Source: an uncultured Gemmatimonadales bacterium (GTDB lineage: Bacteria > Gemmatimonadota > Gemmatimonadetes > Longimicrobiales > RSA9). Taken from it: a stretch of DNA of 64,000 nucleotides. Location: NCBI GenBank assembly GCA_963783305.1, contig CAWAMW010000017.1, positions 160,001-224,000 on the forward strand, in the 5' to 3' direction. Numbering within the stretch: position 1 is the first letter of the stretch; every line of letters begins with the position of its first letter. This document shows positions 39,631 through 48,569 of this stretch, piece by piece. Both the position numbers and the translations under genes were made by a program. The notes beneath the pieces are model-generated. The model saw nothing but the letters and a program-made list of their open reading frames with translations. It was not told where the DNA came from and made no database searches.

Positions 39631-41484
39631 TCAGTCTTCCGCCGGGACGGCGCCATCCTCGTACAGAGCGCGGATCACATCCGCAAACCGCTCCTCCACC
39701 ACCCGCCGCTTTACTTTCTGGGTGGGCGTCAGCACGCCACCCTCGACCGTGAACTCCGCCGCCAGCAGCGCCGTCTTCTTCGGCCGCTCGAATCGCGCGA
39801 ACCCTTCCAGATTCCCGAGCGATTCCTCCTCCAGCTTCTGCCGCACCCGCTCGTCCCGGAGCAGCGCTTCACCACGCTCCGTGATGCCCTGCGTCTCCGC
39901 CCACTCCTCCAGCTTCACCGTGTTCGGTACGAGCAGCAGGATCGCGTACGGCCGCCGGTCCCCCACCATCACCGCCTCGTCGATGAACGCACTCTGCTTC
40001 ACACGGTTCTCGACCGGCTGCGGCGCGATGTTCTTCCCGCCCGCCGTCACGATGATGTCCTTCTTCCGGTCCGTGATCTTGAGGTACCCGTCCACATCGA
40101 TCTCGCCCACGTCACCGGTGGAGAACCAGCCCTCCTCGTCGATGGCCTCCGCCGTCGCGTCAGGCAGGTTGTAGTAGCCCTGCATCACCTGCGGACCGCG
40201 CACCAGGATCTCACCATCCGCGGCGATCCGGATCTCCGTCCCCGGCACCGGCTTGCCCACCGTCCCGAGCCTGAGATCCGTCTCGGTGTTCACGTTCGTC
40301 ACGGGCGAGGTCTCCGTGAGGCCGTACCCCTCCAGGATCAGAACATTGGCGCCGTGGAAGAACTGCGCCACGTGGTATGCCAAGGGGGCGCCACCCGAAA
40401 TAAAGAACCGCAGCTTGCCTCCGATCCGGCCGCGCAGCTTCGAGTACACCAGCCGGTCAGCGATCGCATGCTGCACGGATGTTGCCAGCCCCGGCGAGCG
40501 CCCCGCCAGCTTCGCCTCCGACCAGCGCGCTGCGACCCTGGACGCCCAGGCCACAAGCTTCCCCTTCACCCCCGCCTGTGAGATGACCCTGTCGTAGACC
40601 TTCTCGTAGAGCCGCGGCGTCGACACTGCCATGGTTGGCTGCACCTCCACGAGCGAGTCGGCCACCAGGTCGATATCGTGCACATACGCGATGGTGACCC
40701 CGTTCGAAAAGAACCAGTAGTCCACCATCCGCTCCAGGATGTGCGAGAGCGGAAGGAAACTCGTCGCCGTATCCTCGGGCCCCGCCGTGAAGAGCTCGTT
40801 CACTGCCTGCACATTGCTGTAGATGTTGTAGTGCGACAGCAGCACGCCCTTCGGCGATCCCGTGGTGCCGGAGGTGTACAGCATTGTGGCGACATCGTCG
40901 GGGGTCGCCTGCAGCGCGCGCTCCCGGAACGCGCTTCCACCGCGCCCCTCCTCCTCCGCCTCCCGTCCCTTCTCCATCAGCAGATCGAGGGCAATGACCC
41001 GCGTGTCCTCGACGTCACCGTCGAAGAGGACCGCGTGCTCCAGAGAGGGCACATCGTCCCACACCGCCAGCACCTTCTCGAGCTGTGCCGTCGTGGACAC
41101 GAAGATCAGCCGCACCTCGGCGTCGTTCAGGATGTACGCCACCTGGTTGCTCGGCAGCGTGTCATAGATGGGCACGTCCGGAATCCCCGCGCAGAGAGCG
41201 GCGAAATCCGCCTGCGCCCATTCCGGACGGTTCTCCGACAGGATCGCGACGCGCTGCCCGCGCTCGACCCCCAGCGATTCCAGCCCCAGAGCCGTTCGTG
41301 TCACCCGCTGCAGCAGGTCACGGTGGGATATGGAGCGCCAGTCGTCGGGCCCGACGCGATAGCGCATGGCGTCGTCGCTGTCGACCCGCTCCACCGCCTC
41401 GAAGAAAAGCTCCACCAGCGTCCCCCGCGGCACGTCGGCGGGGTTGGCGGCGTACTGGAGGGTGGTCTCGGGAACCGTCGCCAT
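39631..41484 (-). CDS. Long-chain fatty acid-CoA ligase (AMP-binding)
   Basis: YTSGTTGSPKG, FLPLSHILER, EGYGLTETSP, TGDVG, DRKKDIIVTAGGKNIAP. Confidence 0.93.
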   Translation of the reverse strand: MATVPETTLQYAANPADVPRGTLVELFFEAVERVDSDDAMRYRVGPDDWRSISHRDLLQRVTRTALGLESLGVERGQRVAILSENRPEWAQADFAALCAGIPDVPIYDTLPSNQVAYILNDAEVRLIFVSTTAQLEKVLAVWDDVPSLEHAVLFDGDVEDTRVIALDLLMEKGREAEEEGRGGSAFRERALQATPDDVATMLYTSGTTGSPKGVLLSHYNIYSNVQAVNELFTAGPEDTATSFLPLSHILERMVDYWFFSNGVTIAYVHDIDLVADSLVEVQPTMAVSTPRLYEKVYDRVISQAGVKGKLVAWASRVAARWSEAKLAGRSPGLATSVQHAIADRLVYSKLRGRIGGKLRFFISGGAPLAYHVAQFFHGANVLILEGYGLTETSPVTNVNTETDLRLGTVGKPVPGTEIRIAADGEILVRGPQVMQGYYNLPDATAEAIDEEGWFSTGDVGEIDVDGYLKITDRKKDIIVTAGGKNIAPQPVENRVKQSAFIDEAVMVGDRRPYAILLLVPNTVKLEEWAETQGITERGEALLRDERVRQKLEEESLGNLEGFARFERPKKTALLAAEFTVEGGVLTPTQKVKRRVVEERFADVIRALYEDGAVPAED

Positions 41485-41515
41485 TTATCAGTCTCCGTTA
41501 TGAGGGGATTCGCTG

Positions 41516-41923
41516 TCAGCCAGCCTCGATCCGAATGGAGAGGTCCATGTCGGGATCAAGGGTGTGCAGCACGCTGCAATACTTGTCCCGCGAGAGATCC
41601 ACCGCCCGCTGCAGCTTGCCGTGACTGTCTTCCGGAACACCGGTCACCACGTATACGAGGCGCATGGCCGTGAACCGCCGGGGAGGATCGGCGCGACGAT
41701 CGCCTTCCGTGCGCACCGACAGTCCGTCGAAGGGAACCCGCATCTTGTTCAGAATGTCCACCACGTCGATGCCCATGCAGGCAGCCAGCGCCATGAGGAG
41801 CGCTTCCATCGGGGAAGGGCCTGCCGCACCCGCGCTGTCCAGCATCGCGCGAGACCCGCGCTCGCCTACCGCTTCGAATTGGAGCGCCTCGGTCCAGCGC
41901 ACCTCCACCACCATGTCGCTCAC
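41516..41923 (-). CDS. OsmC family protein
   Basis: PSPMEALLMALAACMGIDV...KYCSV two-Cys pattern. Confidence 0.9.
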   Translation of the reverse strand: MSDMVVEVRWTEALQFEAVGERGSRAMLDSAGAAGPSPMEALLMALAACMGIDVVDILNKMRVPFDGLSVRTEGDRRADPPRRFTAMRLVYVVTGVPEDSHGKLQRAVDLSRDKYCSVLHTLDPDMDLSIRIEAG

Positions 41924-42375
41924 ACGTCCACCGGTCCCGCTGAACCTTGCTCCAACCCGTCCGACCCGTCCTCCAGACGCGCCAGCGTCGCACGCGCATG
42001 GTCGACGTGCCGCTGCGCTTCCTCCCGCTCCGGCGCCAGCTCCAGGAACCGCCGCAGATGCTCCACCGCTTCCTCATCCCGCCCCGACCGCAGCAGGAGG
42101 AACGCCAGACCGTAATGCGCGCCCGCCGCGCCCTCATCGCGCGACAGCACCGACCGGTACGTCTTCATGGCCTCGTCGGTCATTCCGATACGCGTGTGCG
42201 CGATCGCCATCTGCTGCAGGATCGCCACGTCTCCCGGCGACTCCCGCAGCGCCAGACGAAACGACGTCAGCGCTTCGTGGTAGCGGCCCGCCCCCAGGAG
42301 ATCCAATCCTTCCCGGTAGTAGTCCACCGCACTCTCGTGCGCAGGCCCGTTGAACAGCTTTTTCAGAAAGTCCAT
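41920..42375 (-). CDS. Small TPR protein
   Basis: MDFLKKLF start; TPR-like YYREG, AHYGLAFLL repeats. Confidence 0.8.
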   Translation of the reverse strand: MDFLKKLFNGPAHESAVDYYREGLDLLGAGRYHEALTSFRLALRESPGDVAILQQMAIAHTRIGMTDEAMKTYRSVLSRDEGAAGAHYGLAFLLLRSGRDEEAVEHLRRFLELAPEREEAQRHVDHARATLARLEDGSDGLEQGSAGPVDV

Positions 42376-42448
42376 GGGATGGGGAAGGGGTGCGTGCCGG
42401 GGCTGATGGGAACAGCCAGAAGATAGAAATGGGCTCCCGCCCACGCAA

Positions 42449-43081
42449 TCACCGGAGCCGACCCGCCACCACCACGTCCGCCTCCGCGGCGAGGACCCGC
42501 AGACCGGCAGCCTCCAGGCGCTCACGGGCGTCCGCAGGCGCCGGCTCCACCAGCAGGCGGCCCGCCGGACCCAGCAGCCGAGCGCCCTCCTCCACCTGCT
42601 CGGCACGGGCCCCCGTGAGCGCGACTCCCCTCATGCTGCCGCTCCGGAGCGGCACCGACGCCCCCACCCTCAACACACTCACTCCCTCCTGAGCCGCGCC
42701 GTCGACCGCTCCACCGCCCGCAAGCACGATCACCGCCACGTCCGGGACCAGACTCCGCAGCAGCCCCGCGTGCGCCACGGCCGGCCCCGCCACCAGCACA
42801 GTACCCCCACCCCCCGTGAGTCCCAGCAGCGCCGCCAGCCGCACCGCCGCCTCCCGGTCCGGCGCCCCCACTCCCCCGTCTCCTCGCGTGCACGACGTCT
42901 CGCCCGGATCCACCCGCAGATCCGCCACCCCACCCTCGACGCCCCACCGCTCCCGGCAGTTCGCACACCCCAGAACCCCCGTCACCACCCCCCGCTGCCG
43001 CACTTCGCTCGGGAGCAGGATGAGACCGTACGAGGGGCCGCACCGGGGGCAGGTCAGGACGTCCGTCAGCGCTAGCTCCAT
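42449..43081 (-). CDS. Trm112-like zinc-binding domain fused to a methyltransferase-like fold
   Basis: LTCPRC...GVLGCANCRERWGVEGGVADL; C-terminal PLRSGSMRGV...RLLGPAGRL. Confidence 0.6.
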   Translation of the reverse strand: MELALTDVLTCPRCGPSYGLILLPSEVRQRGVVTGVLGCANCRERWGVEGGVADLRVDPGETSCTRGDGGVGAPDREAAVRLAALLGLTGGGGTVLVAGPAVAHAGLLRSLVPDVAVIVLAGGGAVDGAAQEGVSVLRVGASVPLRSGSMRGVALTGARAEQVEEGARLLGPAGRLLVEPAPADARERLEAAGLRVLAAEADVVVAGRLR

Positions 43082-43307
43082 ACCCGCGATGGTACGACCC
43101 CCCGCCGCGCCGCGCCATCCCTCCCTCCCACCGCCCCCTCTCCGCCTCCACCACCCGCCCGTCGGGCACTGTCTGGAGATCCGACAGATCCACCAGCGCA
43201 CGCGTCGATCACCGCGTCGCCTCGGGCTGCACGCCTGGCGCACGGAAATCCCACACTCCGCAAAAAGTAGCGGAAATTTGTAGCAGATACGCTGGGGGCT
43301 ATACAGG

Positions 43308-43364
43308 TAAATGGTTGTGGTACAACAGGTTGAGAAACTTACCAAATAACGGCCCCGCAGTTGC
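43308..43364 (+). promoter_or_regulatory. Palindromic double IHF-like site plus sigma54-type promoter of the pilus operon
   Basis: TAAATGGTTGTGGTACAACAGGTTG (43308-43332) and CGGCCCCGCAGTTGC (43350-43364, GG-N10-GC). Confidence 0.6.
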
Positions 43365-43426
43365 CCTGATCCAGGCCGGCAGAATCAGAATGACACGGCG
43401 AATCGACACCCACAGGAGGGGCACAC

Positions 43427-43927
43427 ATGAAGAAGCTCGCGATCGTTACTCTGGTAGCAGCGGCGGCTCTGGCACTGCCGGAGCTGGCATTCGCGCAGGC
43501 CATCACCGCCAGCGCGACAGTGAACTCACTCTTCAGCGAGGGTCTGACCCAGGGCCTGACGTTCAATGCGGTGAACCCGGGAACGGCAGCGGCGGTGGAT
43601 ATCACGAGCGGCACGGGCGGCACGCCGGGGTATGTGGAGTTCAACTACAACGCGAACTACAAGGTGACGGCGACGACCCTCCCCGCCACCCTGACAAATG
43701 GCGGCACTTCGACCCTGTCGGTAGCTTGGATGTGTGGGACGTCGTCGGCCGTGGGCATAAACCCCGCGGCGTCGGCGGCGTGTGTACAGGGCAATGTGGT
43801 GGACAGCGACAACGCTGTGGCGGATTTCGGAACCGTGGTGGTGTGGCTCGGTGGCTCAATCGCCAACACGGACGTCCTGGCCGGAACGTACACCGGGAAC
43901 ATCACCTTCACGATCTCGGCGTTCTGA
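43427..43927 (+). CDS. Putative major pilin-like subunit (DUF4402/spore-coat-U-like)
   Basis: Strong RBS AGGAGG, signal peptide AFA|Q, Thr/Gly/Ala/Asn-rich, one Cys pair, C-terminal WLGG...AGTYTGNITFTI. Confidence 0.7.
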   Translation: MKKLAIVTLVAAAALALPELAFAQAITASATVNSLFSEGLTQGLTFNAVNPGTAAAVDITSGTGGTPGYVEFNYNANYKVTATTLPATLTNGGTSTLSVAWMCGTSSAVGINPAASAACVQGNVVDSDNAVADFGTVVVWLGGSIANTDVLAGTYTGNITFTISAF

Positions 43928-43956
43928 TCGAGTCGTAGCAATGGGAGGGCACGGCG

Positions 43957-44469
43957 ATGCGGTTCCGCTTCGAGAATCCTGCGAGGATCATCGGCGGAGC
44001 CGTTTTCGTCTCGGCCCTGCTGGTGTCCCCTCCCGGGGCATACGCCCAGGGAGTTGGCGGGGGGGCGGGTGGAGGAGGAGAGGCCACCGTACAGCCGGTT
44101 CAGGGCCTCGAGTTCGGACTGCTCATTCCCGGCACTCCCATGCGTGTGCGGCCGGATGATGTGGGGCGGCGCGGCGAGCTGCAGGTCTCTGGAAGGGGGC
44201 AGTACCAGGTCCGGTTCGTTCTTCCCGCGTCTCTCGTGTCGGCTGAGGGGGCCAGTATCCCGGTCGAGTTCGGTCCCGGTGACGCGGCGGTGGTACGGGG
44301 CACTGCGGGGTCACCGCAGCTGTTCGATCCCAGTGTGGGAGCGGGCGTCTCCTTGACGGCAGGCATCAGCGAGGCGCAGTTGTTTCTCGGCGGAACGGCG
44401 CGACCGGCGGGGAATCAGGCGGCCGGGACGTACTCGGCGAGTGTCACGGTTCTGGTGGCCCGAAACTGA
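43957..44469 (+). CDS. Pilin-like minor subunit with Gly-rich N-terminus
   Basis: AYA|Q; QGLEFG..PG, FVLP, FLGG...QAAGTYSASVTV, paralogous to 43427. Confidence 0.65.
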   Translation: MRFRFENPARIIGGAVFVSALLVSPPGAYAQGVGGGAGGGGEATVQPVQGLEFGLLIPGTPMRVRPDDVGRRGELQVSGRGQYQVRFVLPASLVSAEGASIPVEFGPGDAAVVRGTAGSPQLFDPSVGAGVSLTAGISEAQLFLGGTARPAGNQAAGTYSASVTVLVARN

Positions 44470-45386
44470 TGGTGACGAAGAAAGAGGGCGGGATGGTCAG
44501 GCTCATGGGGACAGTGAAGAGGCGGGGACCGCTGGCAGTTGCGGCGGTCTTCGCTGTGCTGTTGCTCCCCATCCTGGCGGATGCGGTGTCGGTTAGCCCG
44601 GTGGCGCTCTACATGGATCACCGAACCCGGTCGGAGACGCTCACGCTCTACAACTCGGGGACGACGACGGAGGAGATCGAGATCTCTTTCGCGTTTGGCT
44701 ATGCCCGCTCCGACTCGACAGGCGACGTGAGCGTGTTCTTCAGCGATGATCCCGCGCCGGCAGGCGAGCCGTCGGTGGTTCCCTACCTGAGGGCCTTCCC
44801 GCGCCAGCTGCGCCTCGCTCCCGGGGAGCGGCAGGTCGTCCGCATCCTGGTCACACCGCCGGCGGACCTGCCCGCCGGCGAGTACTGGGGGCGCGTGATG
44901 GTCACGTCGCGTGGCGGACAGCCGCCCATCGAGGAGTCCCGCGGCGACGTCCAGATGCAGCTCAGTCTGACCACCGTGATCGCGGTCGCCCTCAACTACC
45001 GGCATGGCGAAGTCGCCACCGGGCTGGCGGTCCGGTCGGTCGACGCGGTGCAGACGGAGGAGACGATCGAGTTCATCGCGGACGTGGAGCGGATCGGCAA
45101 CGCCGCCTTCCTCGGCCGCGTTGTCGCGGAGGTCGTGGACGCGGACGGCAATGTGGTCGCGGAGCACGTGGAGGACATGGTTGCCTACGTCCCCACACTG
45201 TGGCGCTTCTCCATACCGCGGCCCGCAGGGACTCTGGGAGCGGGAGCGGTGGTGAGGTACCGGTTCGAGGCGGAGCGGGCCGGGGTGCCCGCAGGGGCCA
45301 TCCTCCCGGCCGAGCCCGTCCGCGGCACCGCACCGATCCGGCCGGTCGCCAACGCGCCCACACCAACGTCCCACCCCGACCGATGA
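44469..45386 (+). CDS. PapD-like periplasmic pilus chaperone
   Basis: Signal peptide, VSVSPVALYM..R...LTLYN, FPRQLRLAPGERQVVRI, GEY, second Ig-like domain (RIGNAAF.G). Exact start uncertain. Confidence 0.72.
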   Translation: MVTKKEGGMVRLMGTVKRRGPLAVAAVFAVLLLPILADAVSVSPVALYMDHRTRSETLTLYNSGTTTEEIEISFAFGYARSDSTGDVSVFFSDDPAPAGEPSVVPYLRAFPRQLRLAPGERQVVRILVTPPADLPAGEYWGRVMVTSRGGQPPIEESRGDVQMQLSLTTVIAVALNYRHGEVATGLAVRSVDAVQTEETIEFIADVERIGNAAFLGRVVAEVVDADGNVVAEHVEDMVAYVPTLWRFSIPRPAGTLGAGAVVRYRFEAERAGVPAGAILPAEPVRGTAPIRPVANAPTPTSHPDR

Positions 45387-45934
45387 GCACCGGCGCGCGA
45401 CTGCTGGCGCTGTTCCTTGCGGTCGGCGTGCTCGGCGCCCCCACCGGAGTCCGTGCTCAGGGTGGGACGCTGGCCGCCAGCGTGAACATCCTGCTACCTC
45501 CGGCCAGCGGCAGCGGTCTGAGGGGGCTGGAATTCGGGACGGTCACGCCCGGGACCCCCGCGGAGGTCCTGCCCATCGCGCCGCTCAGCGGCTGGTTTCA
45601 GCTGACGAGTGTGAATCGGAAGACCAATGTTCGGCTCACGTTCACGCTGCCCTCCGTGCTGATCCGGGCTGGCGGCAGCCAGGCACTGCCGATCTTCTTC
45701 GATGGCCCCTACGTCCGCTCGTGCGGGAACGGCTGCCAGACCCACACGATCACTCCTACCCCGCTCAACGCTACGCAATCGACGGCCGAGGCCATCCACG
45801 TTCGCCCCGGCCCCCCCTGGGGTGCCAACCCCACCGTCATCGACGTGTACATAGGAGGCCGGGTGGAACCGACACCGGCGCAGCTGGCCGGCTCGTACCT
45901 GGGCACCATCCAGCTCACGTTCGCGGCTCTCTGA
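45383..45934 (+). CDS. Pilin-like minor subunit
   Basis: VRA|Q; GLEFGTVTPG, FTLP, CGNGC, YIGG...QLAGSYLGTIQLTF; ATGA overlap. Confidence 0.65.
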   Translation: MSTGARLLALFLAVGVLGAPTGVRAQGGTLAASVNILLPPASGSGLRGLEFGTVTPGTPAEVLPIAPLSGWFQLTSVNRKTNVRLTFTLPSVLIRAGGSQALPIFFDGPYVRSCGNGCQTHTITPTPLNATQSTAEAIHVRPGPPWGANPTVIDVYIGGRVEPTPAQLAGSYLGTIQLTFAAL

Positions 45935-45966
45935 GCCGCGCGGCGAGCCCCCTTCCGCGCTCCGCC

Positions 45967-48477
45967 ATGCGCCGCACGCTAGCGGTCGTGATCCTCGCGG
46001 CGGCGGCCGCCGCGGCTGTTCCGACGTGCGGTACCGCTCAACAGCTGCCGGCGCACGTGGAGGAGGGCCTCTTCGAGGTGCTCGTCCCGGCCCTCGGAGC
46101 GATCACGGTGCCCGTCCTGGTGGATACCGCCCAGGCGGTCCTGCTCCCGCTCGAGCCCGTTCTCAGCCACCTGGGCTTTCTCGTCGAGACCGGCCCCCTG
46201 CAAGCGGCCTGGCGACCGGCCGCGGCGGCGCCCGAAAGCCGGCTCCAGCTAACCCCGCCGCATTACCGCGACGTCGACGGAGACACCCTCTCCCTCCCGC
46301 CAAGCTCCGTCCTCCGGTACGGCGGCGAGGTCTTCGTCAGCACGGCCGCCCTGGGCGTATTGCTGGGCGCCGAGATCGAGGTGGACTGGGGTGCACTTCG
46401 GGTGGTGCTGACCCGCAGGGACCCGCCCTTCCCCGCCCACGCCCGCGCGCTGGTCGAGGCCCGCCGCAGTCGGCTGGCGAGGCCGGAGCGCGGTGCGGGC
46501 GCCCCCTCGGTGCCGTACACCCCGCGCACGGGGGGCGGAATCCTGGACTGGAGCCTGGGCACTTCTCCACTGGAGGATCGGACCCTTGCACGCGTCGCAC
46601 TCGGTGCCGCGATTCTCGGCGGCGACCTGGTGGTCGGCGGATCCGTGGTCACGGGCGACTCCCCCGACCGCGCGGGCGAGGTATCCTACCGCCGCATCTT
46701 CCCCGAGCGGCGCTGGATCAACCAACTGCTGCTGGGGCAGGTCGTCACCCAGGACCTGGCACCCCGATCGATCATGGGCGCGGTCGTGTCGAACATCCCC
46801 CAGCAGCGCGACGCCCATTTCAGCGACGTTGCCATCGCTCCGGACATCCCGGAGGGATGGGAGTTCGAGGTGTACCAGGGCGGTCGCCTCGTCGGGTTCT
46901 CCAGCGCCGGCGCAGATGAGGCCGTGCTCGTGCCCGTCCGGTACGGTCAGACACCCGTCGAGGTGCGAATGGTGGGACCGTCCGGGGAGGAAGTGGTGTC
47001 GCAATACCGTTACCTGGTTCCGATCACACACCTCCCGCCCGGGCGGACGGAGTACTCCGCGGGCGTGGGCGTCTGCCCCGCCGACCGCTGCGACGGGATC
47101 GGCTACGGCGAGCTTCGACACGGCTGGGGGCAACGGCTCACTCTCGGCGGTGGTGTCCAGGCGCTCTCCGAAGACGGGGAGCTGAGGGTCAGGCCGTCCG
47201 CCCTGGCGAGCTTCGCGCCCGATCGCCACTGGGCTCTCGAAATGGAGGCGCGCGCCGAGGAGTTCGTCCGCGCCTCCGTGGATCGCATGGGAGACGACGG
47301 GCGGCACGTGGGTGTCGATGCATCTCTCCACCAGTCGATTTTCGGTCAGCCCTCTTTCCTGCCGGGATCGGGTGCGCGCTGGCAGCTGCAGGGCCAGGCG
47401 GGGGCCCACCCCGTTCACGTGACCGGCCGGATCGATGGGGTGGCGGGCGACGGAATCGAGCGGGTTCGCCTCGCCGCTGGCCGCTCGCTCCCGCGGGGGT
47501 TCGGTGAACTGGCCGTGGAGGGCGGCCCTTTCGGCGCTGACCGCGTCACCGGCCGCGCCACCACGATCCTCCCCGAGCGCCTTTGGGCGTTCGGACGACC
47601 CATCGCCGTTTCCGGCAGCATGAGCGCCACCGCCGACGGGCTGCGGCTCCTGGAGTTGAGCAGCTCGATGCGGCCTCGGCGCGAAAGCTACCTGAGCGCC
47701 GCCCTCCAGTGGAACGGGGAGCGCGACGAGCTCCACCTAAAGGTCACCTTCCGACAGGTGCTCCAGGCCGCGCGCCTCGACGCCGCCCTCTCCCAGCGCT
47801 CCGCCAACTCCAGCCTCACCATGTCCGCCAACGGCTCCATCGCGATCGGCGGGGTACGCGGCTCCCATTTCTCCAGTCGAGACCTCCAGCGACGAGCCGG
47901 CGTCGTCGGCCGCGTCTACTACGACCGGAACGGAAACCGCGCGTTCGACGATGGCGAACAGCCCGCCCCCGACGTCTCGGTACTCGTGGGCGGCATGCGT
48001 ACCAGGACGGACGACGACGGGCTCTACCGCGCGTGGAACGTTACCCCCTACGAGGTCACTGCCGTCTCCGTCGACACCCTCTCGGGGATCGACCCGCGCT
48101 ACACCGTCCTCACCGGCGGCACACTCCTGCGCCCCGTTCCACACCTCCCAAACCGCGTGGACTTCCCGCTCACCGAGACGCGCGAGCTCCTCGGCCGCGT
48201 CCAGAGGGAGAACGGAAAAGGCGTCGGTGGCGTCGAGATCGAGATCCTGAGCGCCCATGGTGACCCCGTCCAGACCCTCCGGACCTTCACCGACGGGACC
48301 TTCTACGTGAGCCGCCTCCTGCCCGGCGATTGGCGCGTGCGGATCGCCAGCCGATCACTCCGCGCACTCGGCGTGGCTTCCGCACCGCCCGAGGTCACCG
48401 TCCACATCCGCCTCCAGGAGTCCGAGCCGCTGCTGGAAATCCCACCCTTCGTACTGCGCGAGGACGCGGAGCCCTGA
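45967..48477 (+). CDS. Usher-like outer-membrane assembly protein with two C-terminal beta-sandwich domains
   Basis: Signal peptide; plug-like WEFEVYQGGRL...PVRYG...GPSGE...LPPGRTEYSAGVG; alternating barrel strands; GRVYYDRNGNRAFDDGE and TFTDGTFY..LLPGDW domains. Confidence 0.7.
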   Translation: MRRTLAVVILAAAAAAAVPTCGTAQQLPAHVEEGLFEVLVPALGAITVPVLVDTAQAVLLPLEPVLSHLGFLVETGPLQAAWRPAAAAPESRLQLTPPHYRDVDGDTLSLPPSSVLRYGGEVFVSTAALGVLLGAEIEVDWGALRVVLTRRDPPFPAHARALVEARRSRLARPERGAGAPSVPYTPRTGGGILDWSLGTSPLEDRTLARVALGAAILGGDLVVGGSVVTGDSPDRAGEVSYRRIFPERRWINQLLLGQVVTQDLAPRSIMGAVVSNIPQQRDAHFSDVAIAPDIPEGWEFEVYQGGRLVGFSSAGADEAVLVPVRYGQTPVEVRMVGPSGEEVVSQYRYLVPITHLPPGRTEYSAGVGVCPADRCDGIGYGELRHGWGQRLTLGGGVQALSEDGELRVRPSALASFAPDRHWALEMEARAEEFVRASVDRMGDDGRHVGVDASLHQSIFGQPSFLPGSGARWQLQGQAGAHPVHVTGRIDGVAGDGIERVRLAAGRSLPRGFGELAVEGGPFGADRVTGRATTILPERLWAFGRPIAVSGSMSATADGLRLLELSSSMRPRRESYLSAALQWNGERDELHLKVTFRQVLQAARLDAALSQRSANSSLTMSANGSIAIGGVRGSHFSSRDLQRRAGVVGRVYYDRNGNRAFDDGEQPAPDVSVLVGGMRTRTDDDGLYRAWNVTPYEVTAVSVDTLSGIDPRYTVLTGGTLLRPVPHLPNRVDFPLTETRELLGRVQRENGKGVGGVEIEILSAHGDPVQTLRTFTDGTFYVSRLLPGDWRVRIASRSLRALGVASAPPEVTVHIRLQESEPLLEIPPFVLREDAEP

Positions 48478-48569
48478 CCCCGGTCCGCCAACCGAGGGAA
48501 CCACTACGATCGAATGGCCGTTCCAAGGCGGCCATCACCGATCGCTCCAGCACGGATTTGCGCCGCGAA

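Noticed and set aside
43240..43426. c-di-GMP or other riboswitch in the pilin leader
   Set aside because: No recognisable aptamer stems or consensus; the features fit a promoter better. An Infernal scan would settle it.
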